Notes: generated by a model from the letters alone, not told the origin. DNA of 64,000 nucleotides from Octopus bimaculoides (GCF_001194135.2 NC_068984.1:104684257-104748256); one strand, 5' to 3'. Numbered from the stretch's first letter, positions 9,835 to 24,950 are shown. Program-made: numbers and translations.

Positions 9835-9846
<12 letters not shown>
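9219..9846. mobile_element. Long inverted-repeat (foldback) element: ~194-bp outer arms plus ~28-bp inner arms
   Basis: 9219-9412 is the reverse complement of 9653-9846 (about 88% by hand). Inner segment gtgtagtcaatcaaatgagagagatg is also inverted. Right end runs into (TA)n. Contains GAAACAATTGTAAGA. Confidence 0.85.
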
Positions 9847-9887
<41 letters not shown>

Positions 9888-9982
9888 TTATATATAAGTA
9901 TATATATATATATGTATGTATATATATATGTATATATATATATGTGTATATATGTGTGTGTGTGTGTGTATACACACACACA

Positions 9983-12168
<2,186 letters not shown>

Positions 12169-13990
12169 TGTACACACACACACACACACATATATATATA
12201 ATAGAAATGCACTGTAAAGCGCAACATGTAGCCAAAGTTTGGGCTCAGTAGTAGGTTTCACATTCCGTTCGAATATCCAGTGTAGTATGACACAGTGCAT
12301 TAAACTGCTAGATGGGCTAGTGTGCAGAATACACCACATAAAAGTATTAATAAAATACAGAAAACATGTCATATTTTATACATTATAAAACACAAACAAG
12401 TTTTGCCAAATTAACTGCCAGTGTTACATAATTATACTTATTGAAACGTTATATAATCTTATGAATTACCTCCTCAGTGTTTATCAAAAGATACAATGAA
12501 TGGTGTTAAGTGCTAGGCAGCACTGTTAACTCTGTGAGACAATGTATTCTATGTCACTTTTTCTCCAACAAGTGCAGCTGTGTATATAGATATATGCAGC
12601 TGCTTCACTAGTTTTGTATATTTATAACTTGGATGATTCTAAGGTTGGCTATAGATTGAACTGGTCAGTGCTGGGACGCACCATACCTTACTGAGGAAGT
12701 AGGCTTCCTTGTGGATTATGTACTAAGGAAGGATTGGAGATTATATTAGCTGGTAGTAAACACCTTAATAAATGTAGCAAAATACACAGAAAGAGTAGAA
12801 CATTTTGAAATTACTAGGTCAGGAAATATCTGAAGGGAAGTAAACTAGTATGCTACTGACCATATGGGTTAATACAAGGGCCTAGACATGGGATTCTCAT
12901 GATTCTCATACATCTAATATGATTTTGTAATACCCTATAGCTGAGAACCCTTCTCTGTATACTCATACATGAGTCTGTTTCTCATTCCATTCATCTGTGT
13001 ATATGTACCTTGACTCTACTTCTATTGACAACATTTCGTGGAGTATCAGATTATAGCAGTACAAGGAACAATGGGATATATGATATGGGATTATGAGCTG
13101 TGTCCATTGGCCTGAACACTACCCAATCAAATATGTACAGTGCCTGGAATGATTAATCAGATTGCATGTAATAATACAATATTCTGTGGGATGCTTTTTG
13201 TTCGTAAATAGATGACGAATGCTTGATAAAAAACTGCCATCTGCTGACAGTAGAATGTTTTCATGTGACTGAGAAGAAATGGGAACAAATGGTGAAGTCA
13301 GATTCCAGGGTACTGTGCCTTAAAGGTAACATGACAAAAGATTGAAATGACTAATGAATATGCTATATGACAGAATAACCTAACTCGTGCTAGCATGGAA
13401 AAATTTAGGTTAAAATGATGATGATGATGACAATGATGATGTGTGTGTGCGTATATGTGGGTGTATGCTTGTGCATACATGTGTGTATGTGTTACATATT
13501 TTTACTGGTATATGTAAGTCGAATAACCACAAAAACATCTAACAAAACAGTTGGTCACATGTTTCTTATGTTCTCCCAGAATGAAGTAAATCAATGCCGA
13601 CATTAAAGAATATTGTTGTTTTTGTATTAGCTGCAGAGAGCAACTTGAGATAATCATTGATCCTATTTAACATACACCACCCAGCAATGTAATAAACAAA
13701 AGTTCAAATGCCAGCTTTCACAATAACTTCTGTTTTTGCATTATGACCCAAACTGACCCACCCACCACCAGTGCCTCTATCTTACATTACCTCATAGCTA
13801 TATGTCAGTCCATATCCGGGTGGTCTTTCTAACAGTTTTATTAATATATATATATATATATATCTGTATGTATGTATGTTGCTAATTTTGGAAGAATGCC
13901 ACTATTTCATTGGATACAAGATCACACAAGAAGACATATCCTTTAGTAGAAGGATACTGAAATGATTAATAATAATAATAGTAAATAATA

Positions 13991-14042
<52 letters not shown>

Positions 14043-14073
14043 TAATAATAATAATAAAGATGATGATGATGAT

Positions 14074-14253
14074 AATTCTTTCTACTGTAGGCAAAAAACC
14101 TGGAATTTTGGGAAAGAGGGCTAGCTGATTACATTGATTTAAGTGTTCAACTGGTAGTTATTTTATTGACCTTGAAAGGATGAAAGGCAAAAATCAACCT
14201 TGGCAGAATTTGAACACAGACTGTAAAGCTGGAAGAAATGCAATAAAGCATTT
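14074..14253 (-). mobile_element. SINE family A copy next to an (AAT)n(GAT)n tract
   Basis: Same core as 5965-6180. Confidence 0.75.
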
Positions 14254-14361
14254 AAAATACTACAAGTATTTAGAACAACTCAATAACTTTACATACATCC
14301 ATACATATATACGTACATAAATAGATAGATATATAGCTAGATAGATAAATAGATAGATAGG

Positions 14362-14757
14362 TACAGGCATGGCTATGTAGTAAGCTTGCTTCCCAACCAC
14401 ATGGTTCTGGGTTCAGTTCCAATGCATGGTATCTTGGGCAAGTGTCTTTTACTATAGCCTTGAGTTAACCAAGGCCCTGTGAGTAGATTTGGTAGATATA
14501 AAATAAAAGAACAGTGTAGTATGTATGTGCGAATGTGTGTGTGTCTTTGTCTGCTTTTCCCCCCACCATTGATTGACAACTGGTGTTGGTGTGTTCACAT
14601 CCCCATAACTTAGTGGTTTGGCAAAAGAGACTAATAGAATAAGTAGCAGATTTAAAAGAAAAAAATAAGTTCCGGGGCAATTCATTCAAATAAGAAAACT
14701 CTCCAAGGCAGTACCCCAGCAAGGCTACAGTTTTATGACTGAAACAAGTGAAAAATT
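14362..14757 (+). mobile_element. tRNA-derived SINE family B, full length
   Basis: Head gtacaggcatggctatgtagtaagcttgcttcccaaccacatgg, tail gactgaaacaagtgaaaa. Confidence 0.85.
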
Positions 14758-15539
14758 AAGATTATATATATATATATNNNNNNNNNNNNNNNNNNNNNNN
14801 NNNNNNNNNNNNNNNNNNNNNNNNNNNNNNNNNNNNNNNNNNNNNNNNNNNNNNNNNNNNNNNNNNNNNNNNNNNNNNNNNNNNNNNNNNNNNNNNNNNN
14901 NNNNNNNNNNNNNNNNNNNNNNNNNNNNNNNNNNNNNNNNNNNNNNNNNNNNNNNNNNNNNNNNNNNNNNNNNNNNNNNNNNNNNNNNNNNNNNNNNNNN
15001 NNNNNNNNNNNNNNNNNNNNNNNNNNNNNNNNNNNNNNNNNNNNNNNNNNNNNNNNNNNNNNNNNNNNNNNNNNNNNNNNNNNNNNNNNNNNNNNNNNNN
15101 NNNNNNNNNNNNNNNNNNNNNNNNNNNNNNNNNNNNNNNNNNNNNNNNNNNNNNNNNNNNNNNNNNNNNNNNNNNNNNNNNNNNNNNNNNNNNNNNNNNN
15201 NNNNNNNNNNNNNNNNNNNNNNNNNNNNNNNNNNNNNNNNNNNNNNNNNNNNNNNNNNNNNNNNNNNNNNNNNNNNNNNNNNNNNNNNNNNNNNNNNNNN
15301 NNNNNNNNNNNNNNNNNNNNNNNNNNNNNNNNNNNNNNNNNNNNNNNNNNNNNNNNNNNNNNNNNNNNNNNNNNNNNNNNNNNNNNNNNNNNNNNNNNNN
15401 NNNNNNNNNNNNNNNNNNNNNNNNNNNNNNNNNNNNNNNNNNNNNNNNNNNNNNNNNNNNNNNNNNNNNNNNNNNNNNNNNNNNNNNNNNNNNNNNNNNN
15501 NNNNNNNNNNNNNNNNNNNNNNNNNNNNNNNNNNNNNNN

Positions 15540-15838
15540 TATATATCGAGCGAGATCGTTGCCAGTACCGCTGGACTGGCTCCTGTGCAGGTGGCACGTA
15601 AAATACACCATTTCGAGCGTGGCCATTGCCAGTACCGCCTGACTGGCATTCGTGCCGGTGGCACGTAAAAGCACCCACTACACTCTCGGAGTGGTTGGCG
15701 TTAGGAAGGGCATCCACCTGTAGAAACTCTGCCAAATCAAATTGGAGCCTGGTGTAGCCACCTGGTCCACCAGTCCTCAGTCAAATCGTCCAACCCATGC
15801 TAGCTTTGAAAGTGGACGTTAAACGATGATGATGATGA
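15540..15838 (+). mobile_element. Well-preserved RTE-type 3' UTR with ~57-bp tandem units and (ATG)n tail
   Basis: Two gccagtaccg…ggtggcacgtaaaa units, then …ggacgttaaacgatgatgatgat; same units as at 20609-20830. Confidence 0.8.
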
Positions 15839-15854
15839 TATATATATGTTGCAA

Positions 15855-16895
15855 ATCATCCTCCTCTACTGTGGATGAACAGGAGACCTACTTTTCATGA
15901 ATTCAAGCAAGCTATGAAGCAAATGAGACCAAGGAAGTCTCCAGGCCCAGAGGACTTTTCAATCTTAGTAGATTTCGATCTTAACACACATACAACACAT
16001 CTCAGAACTTCAATATGCTGATAAGAATGCTGCCCTCTGTCATTCAAAAGAACTCCATCAGTCTGTGAACAACTTTGCTATGGCTTACCATCACTTTGGC
16101 CTTACAGTAAACGTCAAGAAAACCAAGGTCCTTGCACAACCAGCCCCAAATACCATTTTACCAGATTTTGATGTTACCTTCTCTGATACACCTCTCGAAA
16201 AAGTAGAGCATTTTCTTTATCTAGGCAACCTTTTATCAAACAAGTTTACCTCAGAAAAGGATGTGGAACACAGAATTGGAGCTGCACATGGGGCATTTGG
16301 AACAACAACAAAGATCTTAAGAATGAAAATTATGATTTATTATGCTGTTGTCATTTCAACCTTGCTATATGGCTGTGAAACCTGGGCTGTATATCGTTGT
16401 GACATTCAAAACTTAGAACACTTTCTCTAACAAAAGCTTTGTTCAATCTTCAGTGTCAAATAGGAACACTATGTGACCAACAATAGAGTCCTAGAAAGAG
16501 CCAACAATCAAAGTATCGAATGGTTGATCATGAAACACCATTTTCGATGGTCAGGACATGTAGCAAGAATGGAAGAGTCAAGGTTCCCATGTTGAGTCTT
16601 ATTCAGTGAGCTCACTTCAGGAAATAGACCACAGGGTTGCTCTCCTCAAAGATACAAGGATCAATTCAAAGCAACACTCAAAGCCATTGGAGACTGTACA
16701 AAGTGGCAATGTTCCATTACCATCAGAACCAAAAACTTCAAAGCCATCTGAATAGAAAAGCAAGGGATCAAATGACAGGAGAGAAAGGTTCAACAAAATC
16801 AACCTCATCCTCCATCAACATTGCCATGCAGTCAATGCCATTGACTCTTCTATGCAAGAATTGGTCTACAGAGTCATTGATGGCATCACTATAAA
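15855..16895 (+). mobile_element. RTE/BovB-like LINE fragment with internal deletion
   Basis: PTFHEFKQAMKQMRPRKSPGPE jumps directly to QYADKNAA, then FGLTVNVKKTKVLAQPAP, LYLG, STLLYGCETW and WSGHVARM. Confidence 0.8.
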
Positions 16896-17108
16896 GAGAA
16901 TGTTCAGTAAAGAAGAAAATAAATACTCGGATATGAGATAGAGTCACTGCTGACGATATATATATTATCATCATTTAATGTTCTGTCCATGCTGGTTGGA
17001 AGGTTTGATGGGATCCAATTAGCTAGAGAACTGCATTGACCTCCAATGTTAGTTTTGGCATAATATTTTATAGCTGGATGCCTTCCTAATGCCAACTTTA
17101 CAGAGTGT

Positions 17109-17446
17109 TGCTGAGACCCCCTTCGGTCATGACTGACTGTGGGATTGCACCTAGAAAGTTACCCTCCCAGGCACAAGTCTGGGCAAGGTTGTTTATGGAA
17201 GACCAGCAGTCGTCCATGCATACCGGCCTTGCCTCTCCATGCCACCAGTGTTATCCAAGGGAAAGGCAAAGGCCGATACAGCTTGGCACCTGTGACGTTG
17301 CAACTCATTTCTACAGCTGAGTGAACTGGAGCAACATGAAATAAAGTGCCTTGCTCAAGAACACAACACGCAGCCCGGTCCGGGATTCGAACTCACAACC
17401 TCATGGTCGTAAGCTCGATGCTCTAACTACTGAGCCATGCGCCTTC
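17109..17446 (-). mobile_element. tRNA-derived SINE (family C variant) with 14-bp TSD, inserted into an RTE-type tail
   Basis: TSD ACTTTACAGAGTGT at 17095-17108 and 17447-17460; tRNA-like A/B boxes at the right end. The host repeat spans about 16968-17540. Confidence 0.9.
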
Positions 17447-18624
17447 ACTTTACAGAGTGTAATGGTTGCTTTTTTCATGACACTGGTACTACTGAAGTCA
17501 CTAAGCAAAATACAAGATCAAGGAAAGACACTCAACTGAGTGAGTTTGTAGTAGAGAGGGATGTGGTTTTGTGCCAGGTGTCAAGAGTCTAAAGATAAAA
17601 AGCACACTCAATATAAGCAATAAAGTGGTTATATTTTTATATATCATCAAGCAATATGTTACTAGTTATGGCATATAACTGGTCAGAATTACACCTAAGT
17701 GCAATAGTCATCATAAAACCAATGGTAACATAGTGATTAGAGGTATGGCTGTGTGACTGAGAAAAGGAGGAACAAAGAATATTAAAAAATGACATTGAAA
17801 GGAAGGTGTACAAGCTTCTATACTGGCATGAATCTGCAACACAGCAACACTACATCTATCATAACTCATATCATCTTACTTGTAAGGTTCAATGTTTTAT
17901 GATCAGACCCAAATATCTGCATAGTCTCCACCTTCCTTACTGCAGGCATCAACTTTTAATCGCAATAGATCATACAGGAATAGTCATCTCATTAAATATC
18001 AATCAATTGCTTTGAAGCTTAACTATTTTCTTATCTCAGCTTCACATAACATGCACACACAGCTTGCATAAAATATGTGTACAACAAATATGGAAACAGT
18101 AATTTGAATATTATGTTTACAATAACAGTAATACTGAAATGACTGACAGATTCAGATTATGTGCTGTTAGATAAGCAGAAAACATGTATAAACTTTTATT
18201 ATTACCAGTGATGACCTAAACATTTCTATCAGCAGATGGCATTTGTTTAACTTATTACAAAATACACTCCCTATAAAGGAGATGATTTTTATTTTCAGAC
18301 CAACGTGGGAGTGGAAGTTATCCTGCTAACAAAACCGTATGATGCTTTGGGTTTTCTACATTTAAATATCACAAAACAAATGTTGGTCTTCAAATAGCCT
18401 GAGGTTTAAAGAAACATCAGAAAAGTTGAATGCTGATATCTGTATAGTGGCTCAGTTTATTTAAATGTATTGCATAAACCAGAAAAGAAAACTTGAATAA
18501 GAAAATGATACACCTAGTTTATCAACTATTAATAATAAGTAATAATAATAATAATAATTAATAATAATTAACAATAAGTAATAATAACTAGAATATGAAG
18601 TAATTGGAAATGAAAGGAACTCAC

Positions 18625-18731
18625 GCTTTGTCTTTGTCACACCTGTTGATCTCAGCACCATTTTCAACAAGAAGTTTACATATTCCTAAGTGACCATGGT
18701 ATGCGGAGTAAAACAAAGGTGTCTCCATATG
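18625..18731 (-). CDS. Ankyrin-repeat protein, internal coding exon B (107 nt, phase 0/2)
   Basis: Minus strand: acceptor ttttattttgttttcacAG, donor GC|GTGAGT. Translates HMETPLFYSAYHGHLGICKLLVENGAEINRCDKDK(A), a canonical ankyrin repeat. Joined to exon A, D9/D42/D75, T14/T47 and A3/A36/A69 are exactly 33 aa apart. Confidence 0.9.
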
Positions 18732-18761
18732 CTGTGAAAACAAAATAAAATAATTCTGTCA

Positions 18762-18990
18762 CTATCATCATCATCATCATCATCATCATGAACATCATGA
18801 ACATCATCATCACCATTATCAGTTTCAAGGTCACCTTTCCATGTTCACATAAGTCAGATGGAATTTGTTGAGCCAGACACCCCTCCTATCACCAACCCCC
18901 ACATATTTCCTAATAAGATAATGTTTCTTCGTGACTGGACATGTTCCCACAGCTGATTGGAAATGAAGGACATTTTGTGTGCCAGGGTTC
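18762..18990 (-). mobile_element. RTE-type 3' tail variant with (ATG)n end, just upstream of exon B
   Basis: (CAT)n plus similarity to 52270-52430. Confidence 0.55.
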
Positions 18991-19104
18991 TTGTTTGCAA
19001 ATATGATGTCAAGACAAAGAAACACAAACATGCACCCACACACACTCACTCACACACACATACACACACACAAACATACACTCATATACTTAAACACGTA
19101 CATT

Positions 19105-19264
19105 GGGATTCTTTCAGTTTCCCTCTACTAAATCCACTCTCAAGGATTTGGCTAACCCAAGGTTATAGTAAAACCACTTGCCCAAGGTGCTATGCAGTGG
19201 GACTGAACCCAAAACCATGTGGTTGGGAACCAAACTTCTTAACCACACAGTTACATGTGCACCT
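19105..19264 (-). mobile_element. SINE family B, 5' half
   Basis: Reverse complement of the family B tRNA head. Confidence 0.8.
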
Positions 19265-19424
19265 AAGAATATAAAAATATGAAAATGGCTTCTTAAAGTA
19301 AAAAAAAATATATATATAGCAGTGTTATTTAAGTGATGCTGGATTTGATGAGATTGGCTTACATACTTAAATGATGTTAGTGTTTAGAATAGAATGATGT
19401 ACATATTCATTCTTAACATGTACT

Positions 19425-19661
19425 CTCTCTTTTACTCTTTACTCTTTTACTTGTTTCAGTCATTTGACTGCGGCCATGCTGGAGCACCACCTTTAGTCGA
19501 GCTAATCGACCCCAGGACTTATTCTTTGGATGCCTAGTACTTATTCTATTGGTCTCTTTTGCTGAACTGCTAAGTTATGGGGACGTAAACACACCACCAT
19601 CGGTTGTCAAGCAATGTTGGGGGACAAACACAGACACACAAACACACACACACACACACAG

Positions 19662-19718
<57 letters not shown>

Positions 19719-19744
19719 TACGACAGGCTACTTTCAGTTTCCGT
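19425..19744 (-). mobile_element. SINE family B, 3' portion (runs into gap 19745-20608)
   Basis: tactcttttacttgtttcagtcatttgactgcggccatgctgg tail, close to the other copies. Confidence 0.85.
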
Positions 19745-20608
19745 NNNNNNNNNNNNNNNNNNNNNNNNNNNNNNNNNNNNNNNNNNNNNNNNNNNNNNNN
19801 NNNNNNNNNNNNNNNNNNNNNNNNNNNNNNNNNNNNNNNNNNNNNNNNNNNNNNNNNNNNNNNNNNNNNNNNNNNNNNNNNNNNNNNNNNNNNNNNNNNN
19901 NNNNNNNNNNNNNNNNNNNNNNNNNNNNNNNNNNNNNNNNNNNNNNNNNNNNNNNNNNNNNNNNNNNNNNNNNNNNNNNNNNNNNNNNNNNNNNNNNNNN
20001 NNNNNNNNNNNNNNNNNNNNNNNNNNNNNNNNNNNNNNNNNNNNNNNNNNNNNNNNNNNNNNNNNNNNNNNNNNNNNNNNNNNNNNNNNNNNNNNNNNNN
20101 NNNNNNNNNNNNNNNNNNNNNNNNNNNNNNNNNNNNNNNNNNNNNNNNNNNNNNNNNNNNNNNNNNNNNNNNNNNNNNNNNNNNNNNNNNNNNNNNNNNN
20201 NNNNNNNNNNNNNNNNNNNNNNNNNNNNNNNNNNNNNNNNNNNNNNNNNNNNNNNNNNNNNNNNNNNNNNNNNNNNNNNNNNNNNNNNNNNNNNNNNNNN
20301 NNNNNNNNNNNNNNNNNNNNNNNNNNNNNNNNNNNNNNNNNNNNNNNNNNNNNNNNNNNNNNNNNNNNNNNNNNNNNNNNNNNNNNNNNNNNNNNNNNNN
20401 NNNNNNNNNNNNNNNNNNNNNNNNNNNNNNNNNNNNNNNNNNNNNNNNNNNNNNNNNNNNNNNNNNNNNNNNNNNNNNNNNNNNNNNNNNNNNNNNNNNN
20501 NNNNNNNNNNNNNNNNNNNNNNNNNNNNNNNNNNNNNNNNNNNNNNNNNNNNNNNNNNNNNNNNNNNNNNNNNNNNNNNNNNNNNNNNNNNNNNNNNNNN
20601 NNNNNNNN

Positions 20609-21240
20609 GTCACCTGCATGAGGGCCAGTCAGGCGGTACTGGCAACGGCCACGCTCAAAATGGTGTCTTTTATGTGCCACCCACACAAGAGCCAGTCCAG
20701 GGGCACTGGCAACGATCTCGCTCGAAAATCCTATGAAGGCCAGTCAGACGGTACTGGCAATGGCCACGCTCAAAATGGTGCATCCCATGCATCACCCACA
20801 CAAGAGCCAGTCCAGGGGCACTGGCAACGATCTCACTTGGCTTGCCAGGTCTTCTCACGCACAGCACATTTCCAAAGGTCTCGGTCAGTAGTCATCACCT
20901 CTGTGAGGCCCAATGTTCGAAGGTCTTGCCTCACCACCTCAGCCCAGGTCTTCCTGGGCCTACCTCTTCCACGGGTTCCCTCAACTGTTAGGTTGTGGCA
21001 CTTTTTCACGCAGCTATCCTCATCCATTCTCACCACATGTCCATACCAGAGCAATCGTCTCTCTTGCACACCACAACTGATGCTTCTTATGTTCAGCTTT
21101 TCTCTCAAGATACTTACACTCTGACGGGTATGCACACTGACATTACACATCCAGCGGAGCATACTGGCTTCATTCCTTGTGAGCTTACGCATATCCTCAG
21201 CAGTCACAGCCCATGTTTCACTGACATGTAGCATGGCTGT
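20609..21240 (-). mobile_element. 5'-truncated RTE LINE: intact 133-aa ORF C-terminus plus tandem-unit 3' UTR
   Basis: ORF 20833-21234: MLHVSETW…LLWYGHVVRM…GRGRPRKTWAEVVRQDL. UTR has repeated gccagtc…actggcaacg units. Confidence 0.9.
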
Positions 21241-21356
21241 TCGTACACATGCGTCTCAGAGTCCAAAGGATTCTGAATCAAACTGTTTTAATCTATACAT
21301 GTAACTCCCAATAAATATGTTGAGTGCCCTTCTTTCATTTGTCTACTCACTTGTAT

Positions 21357-21387
<31 letters not shown>

Positions 21388-23035
21388 ATTGTTTGGCAAA
21401 TGAATTAATCTGAAATGGAATACTGAAAATGAAGCAATTATAACACAGAAAATTAATTTAAAAAACCTGCATAAGCACGTAAAAAACTGTTGCATTCACT
21501 TTCAATTATTCTTTCTTGAGAGTGTCTTTTACTTTGAAGTGTTAAAAATTTCGTATCACTACATTCACCTGGTCACTGAAAATTCTACTGCATCTACAGA
21601 GATGTGGCAATCATAATTTAACAATATATTGATTGATCAGCTGTATAAGCATCCAGATTGCAGGCCTTTGAAAGACATCTGTCACACACACACACACATA
21701 CACGTTCACACACACATCCACTTATTTATGTAGAGAGAGAGAGAGAGCAAGAGAGACAGCATAATAATATCAGTTAATGACACAAGAACTAGTTATGCAA
21801 ACATCTAAAGCTTAAGTATATTGAGTTCTAACAACTAGTCATTAGTATTGCTCAGCATGCCAAAAACAAAAAGACTGTGTTTGGGTATGTTTCTTGAAGA
21901 CTTGAAGAAGATAGTAACATCAAACATGAAGCACAGCCTCTCTTGGTCTTGTGACCACTACATCACATCACACTACAAAGGATATGCATTTGCAATCCAA
22001 GAACAGAAGATTGCTGTGAAATACCTAATAAACAAAAGAGACAGTGTAGCCCTTGGAGTTCCAAGATGCAACTGAAAATATAGATTGTCATATTTCTGTG
22101 GAAGACATTACACATGATTAGCAGTAGCAGTGTGTATGTATGTATGTATGTATGTATGTATGTATGTATGTATGCACTTTTGTATGTATATCTTTGTATA
22201 TACTTTCTTTGAGAAGGCTAAGGCAATAGAATATTTTATTGAATCTAGCTGATTACTTCAATGCTCTGAGTAAAATGTAGCCAAGCTTGATTTTGCCTTT
22301 CATTCCTGCTGCAGTGTTAATAAAATAAGTTCCAGTAAGATATAAACAGAACCATTGAAAGGCCAGTGACATTCCAATCACTTTAACCATGAAAAATGTC
22401 TCTGTTACCACATCTGTAGGAAGTAAATTAGTAGGGATGTTGCAACTTTTGTAGGAAGTGACGTTACAAAGAGATTTATAGGTTACCACTAGAGTTTAGA
22501 GTTTTAAATATTATCTTTTGATCAATATTGAACCAATCAAATTTCAATAGTGATCTCAGGCCTCAGTTTATTGAATATAAGACAGATGGCAGCATTCTAA
22601 ATATATAATTAGCAAATATTTAATCTAGTGAGGCCAAGAAAGAAAGAATGGACACACTACCAGTACAGAGCTGTTAAAAACTTAAAGGAAGATTAAACAC
22701 ATGTGCTGGAGACAAGAGTCTGTGATTATTTAGAATTTACCTGGGCTATAGATAACAGCATCTACAAATTTATTGAGACTAGAGTGTTACTCATCATATG
22801 ACAGAGATATGTTTTTGCTTCAGTGAGTAGTATTAAGTAATGTTATGTCTGTATGATAGTTATAATTTTACATAATTCAAATTTTGTAGGGCTTACTCAA
22901 AATAAGGAAATGAAAACTAATTTTTTAAAAATAAAAATATTTATTAAATTAAACTGAAATTATATAAAACAAAACTCATATTCATATACTTGTGATGACA
23001 TACATTATCAATAATTCTAATACTATTGAACTATC

Positions 23036-23293
23036 GTGGAGGTGCGTGGCTTAGTGGTTAGGGTGTCAGTATCATGATCGTAAGATTGTGGTTTCGATTC
23101 CTGGACCGGGCGACGTGTTGTGTTCTTGAGCAAAACACTTCATTTCACGTTGCTCCAGTCCACTCAGCTGGCAAAAATGAGTAGCACTGTGATGGACTGA
23201 CGTCCCGTCCAGCTGGGGAACACATACGCCATTGAAACCGGGAAACCGGGCCCATGAGCCTGGCTAGGTTTTAAACAGGTGCATTTATTTTAT
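23036..23293 (+). mobile_element. tRNA-derived SINE family C with 12-bp TSD
   Basis: TSD TATTGAACTATC at 23024-23035 and 23294-23305; head GTGGAGGTGCGTGGCTTAGTGG (A box) and GGTTTCGATTCC (B box). Confidence 0.92.
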
Positions 23294-24139
23294 TATTGAA
23301 CTATCAACTAAATAAGTTGATAGATAACTAAATTACATCTTAACTAAGATGTGTCACAAGGAGTAAAATTCAGCAAGCTCTGAATTATCTCTATTTGGGA
23401 GATGATCAAACAGAGGTAGGTGGTGAGGCACTACCAATTATATTAGTTGACAAAGATAACTGAATTCATCATAAAATATTACCAATAATTTGTTTTTGCG
23501 AGTTATTGAGGGATGAAAAATAAATTGATCCTGGCTATATTTACATTTCAAAACTCATGATACCAAACTTGATACTATAAAACTTGACAAAATCTTGTTT
23601 TCCCCAATGTATCTACTATTGAAATGGATTTGAATATATGTTTTAGAATGAATAATATACTTAGATTTTACCAGAGTTACAACAGCAACGAATCTTTAAA
23701 GTGATTGGGAAAGACTTCTGATAGAATATTATCATTTCTGTTATCAATTCATTAAGCCTAATTAGATTGGAGGCATTAATGCAAAGCTATGCATCAAGAA
23801 AACATCATACAGCATGAACTAACAAGACAATCTTCCTGTGCACTTCCCTTCAAACAGTGACTTTAGTAGCTGAACATCTGCTGTGAAAGACTCCACATTT
23901 GCTGCTCCTTTTGTTTCTAATTGCATACATTTAATACTTTAACTTCTACAAAATTCAATTAAGACACATTTTGAAGTACTTCTCATATATCTGGCATGGT
24001 GTTATTGCTACAGACACAAACATCCAAAGCTCCAACTGAACAACTGGCTCCAACCAAATACTACAAATTTTAACTAATGGATAAGCTATTTCTTCTCTTT
24101 TCTCTATAATGGCATGGCATCTACTCTCAGTTTGTTCAT

Positions 24140-24950
24140 CCCTCACCATATGCATTGTAATTTCTCAGCCTGCTCCCACTGCAACACATGTCCTTTTGTC
24201 AAGGACATCATAGCCCTACATGGCCCTAGTTCATTTTTCCATGATACAGGCTGCTTCATATACATCTCAAAAATATCATCTCTGTGGCATACTGTGGCAT
24301 AAGAGAAATCAGTCAGAAGCTAGCCTGTCATTTTATGGAATATTTATTGAACATCTGATCCATTGAACCTGTGGCTCTCTACTTCAGTTCTTCAGGCTAC
24401 TCCTACCAACATCTTTCACCTTGTAAGCCTGTACAATACTATAGTAATCCATTACCTGAGTTGTACAATACTGCAGTTCTCTTTACCTGACTTGTACAAT
24501 ACTTTGGCAACCAAAGTAACTTCTCACCCACTAACAACTGCCAGCCCATGTACTTAGCACCTTCCCTTTTCTGCCAATACATTCCTGCACATACTTCACC
24601 TCCTTCTACCCAATATCCACACTCTATGAAACTTTATTCACGTTACCTACACATTATCACACCTGAATCATAACATCCTCATAATTATTCCCCACTATTA
24701 TACATACACAGATCTTCACACACAATCATTGTATCACACTTGATTCTTTATTCTCTTTCTTATAAACACATGTGCTTCCCATTACTTATGTTTCTTAACA
24801 CAGTTGCTCTTCTCTGCTGGAAACCATTAACTATACTCATTTCTCTTGTACCATTCCACTTTTATTTTTCCTTTCACATTCTCCATTTCTCTTCTATTTT
24901 GACAAAGGACACCTGTCCAAATCTTTGGTATCTCTTCCTTTTCTTCACAG
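24140..24950 (+). mobile_element. Older Penelope-like relic (GIY-YIG region plus pLTR)
   Basis: FSACSHCNTCPFV…GPSSFFH… precedes a frameshifted YCGIREISQKLACHFMEYL (YIGETxRxLxxRFxEHL-like); C/T-rich UTR; GGAC-ACCT-GTCC stem at 24907-24918. Confidence 0.6.

Noticed and set aside
12686-13120. Scattered short hairpins and a CAGATGA…GAAAC string
   Set aside because: No consistent stem II or long inverted repeat; nearby splice-like segments have stops in all frames.
14725-15735. Long ORFs of 288-506 aa here and at 19549-21124
   Set aside because: They consist mostly of X from N gaps.
23036-23110. tRNA-like sequences (also at 17375-17446 and 42230-42310)
   Set aside because: They are SINE heads with TSDs and SINE bodies, not tRNA genes.
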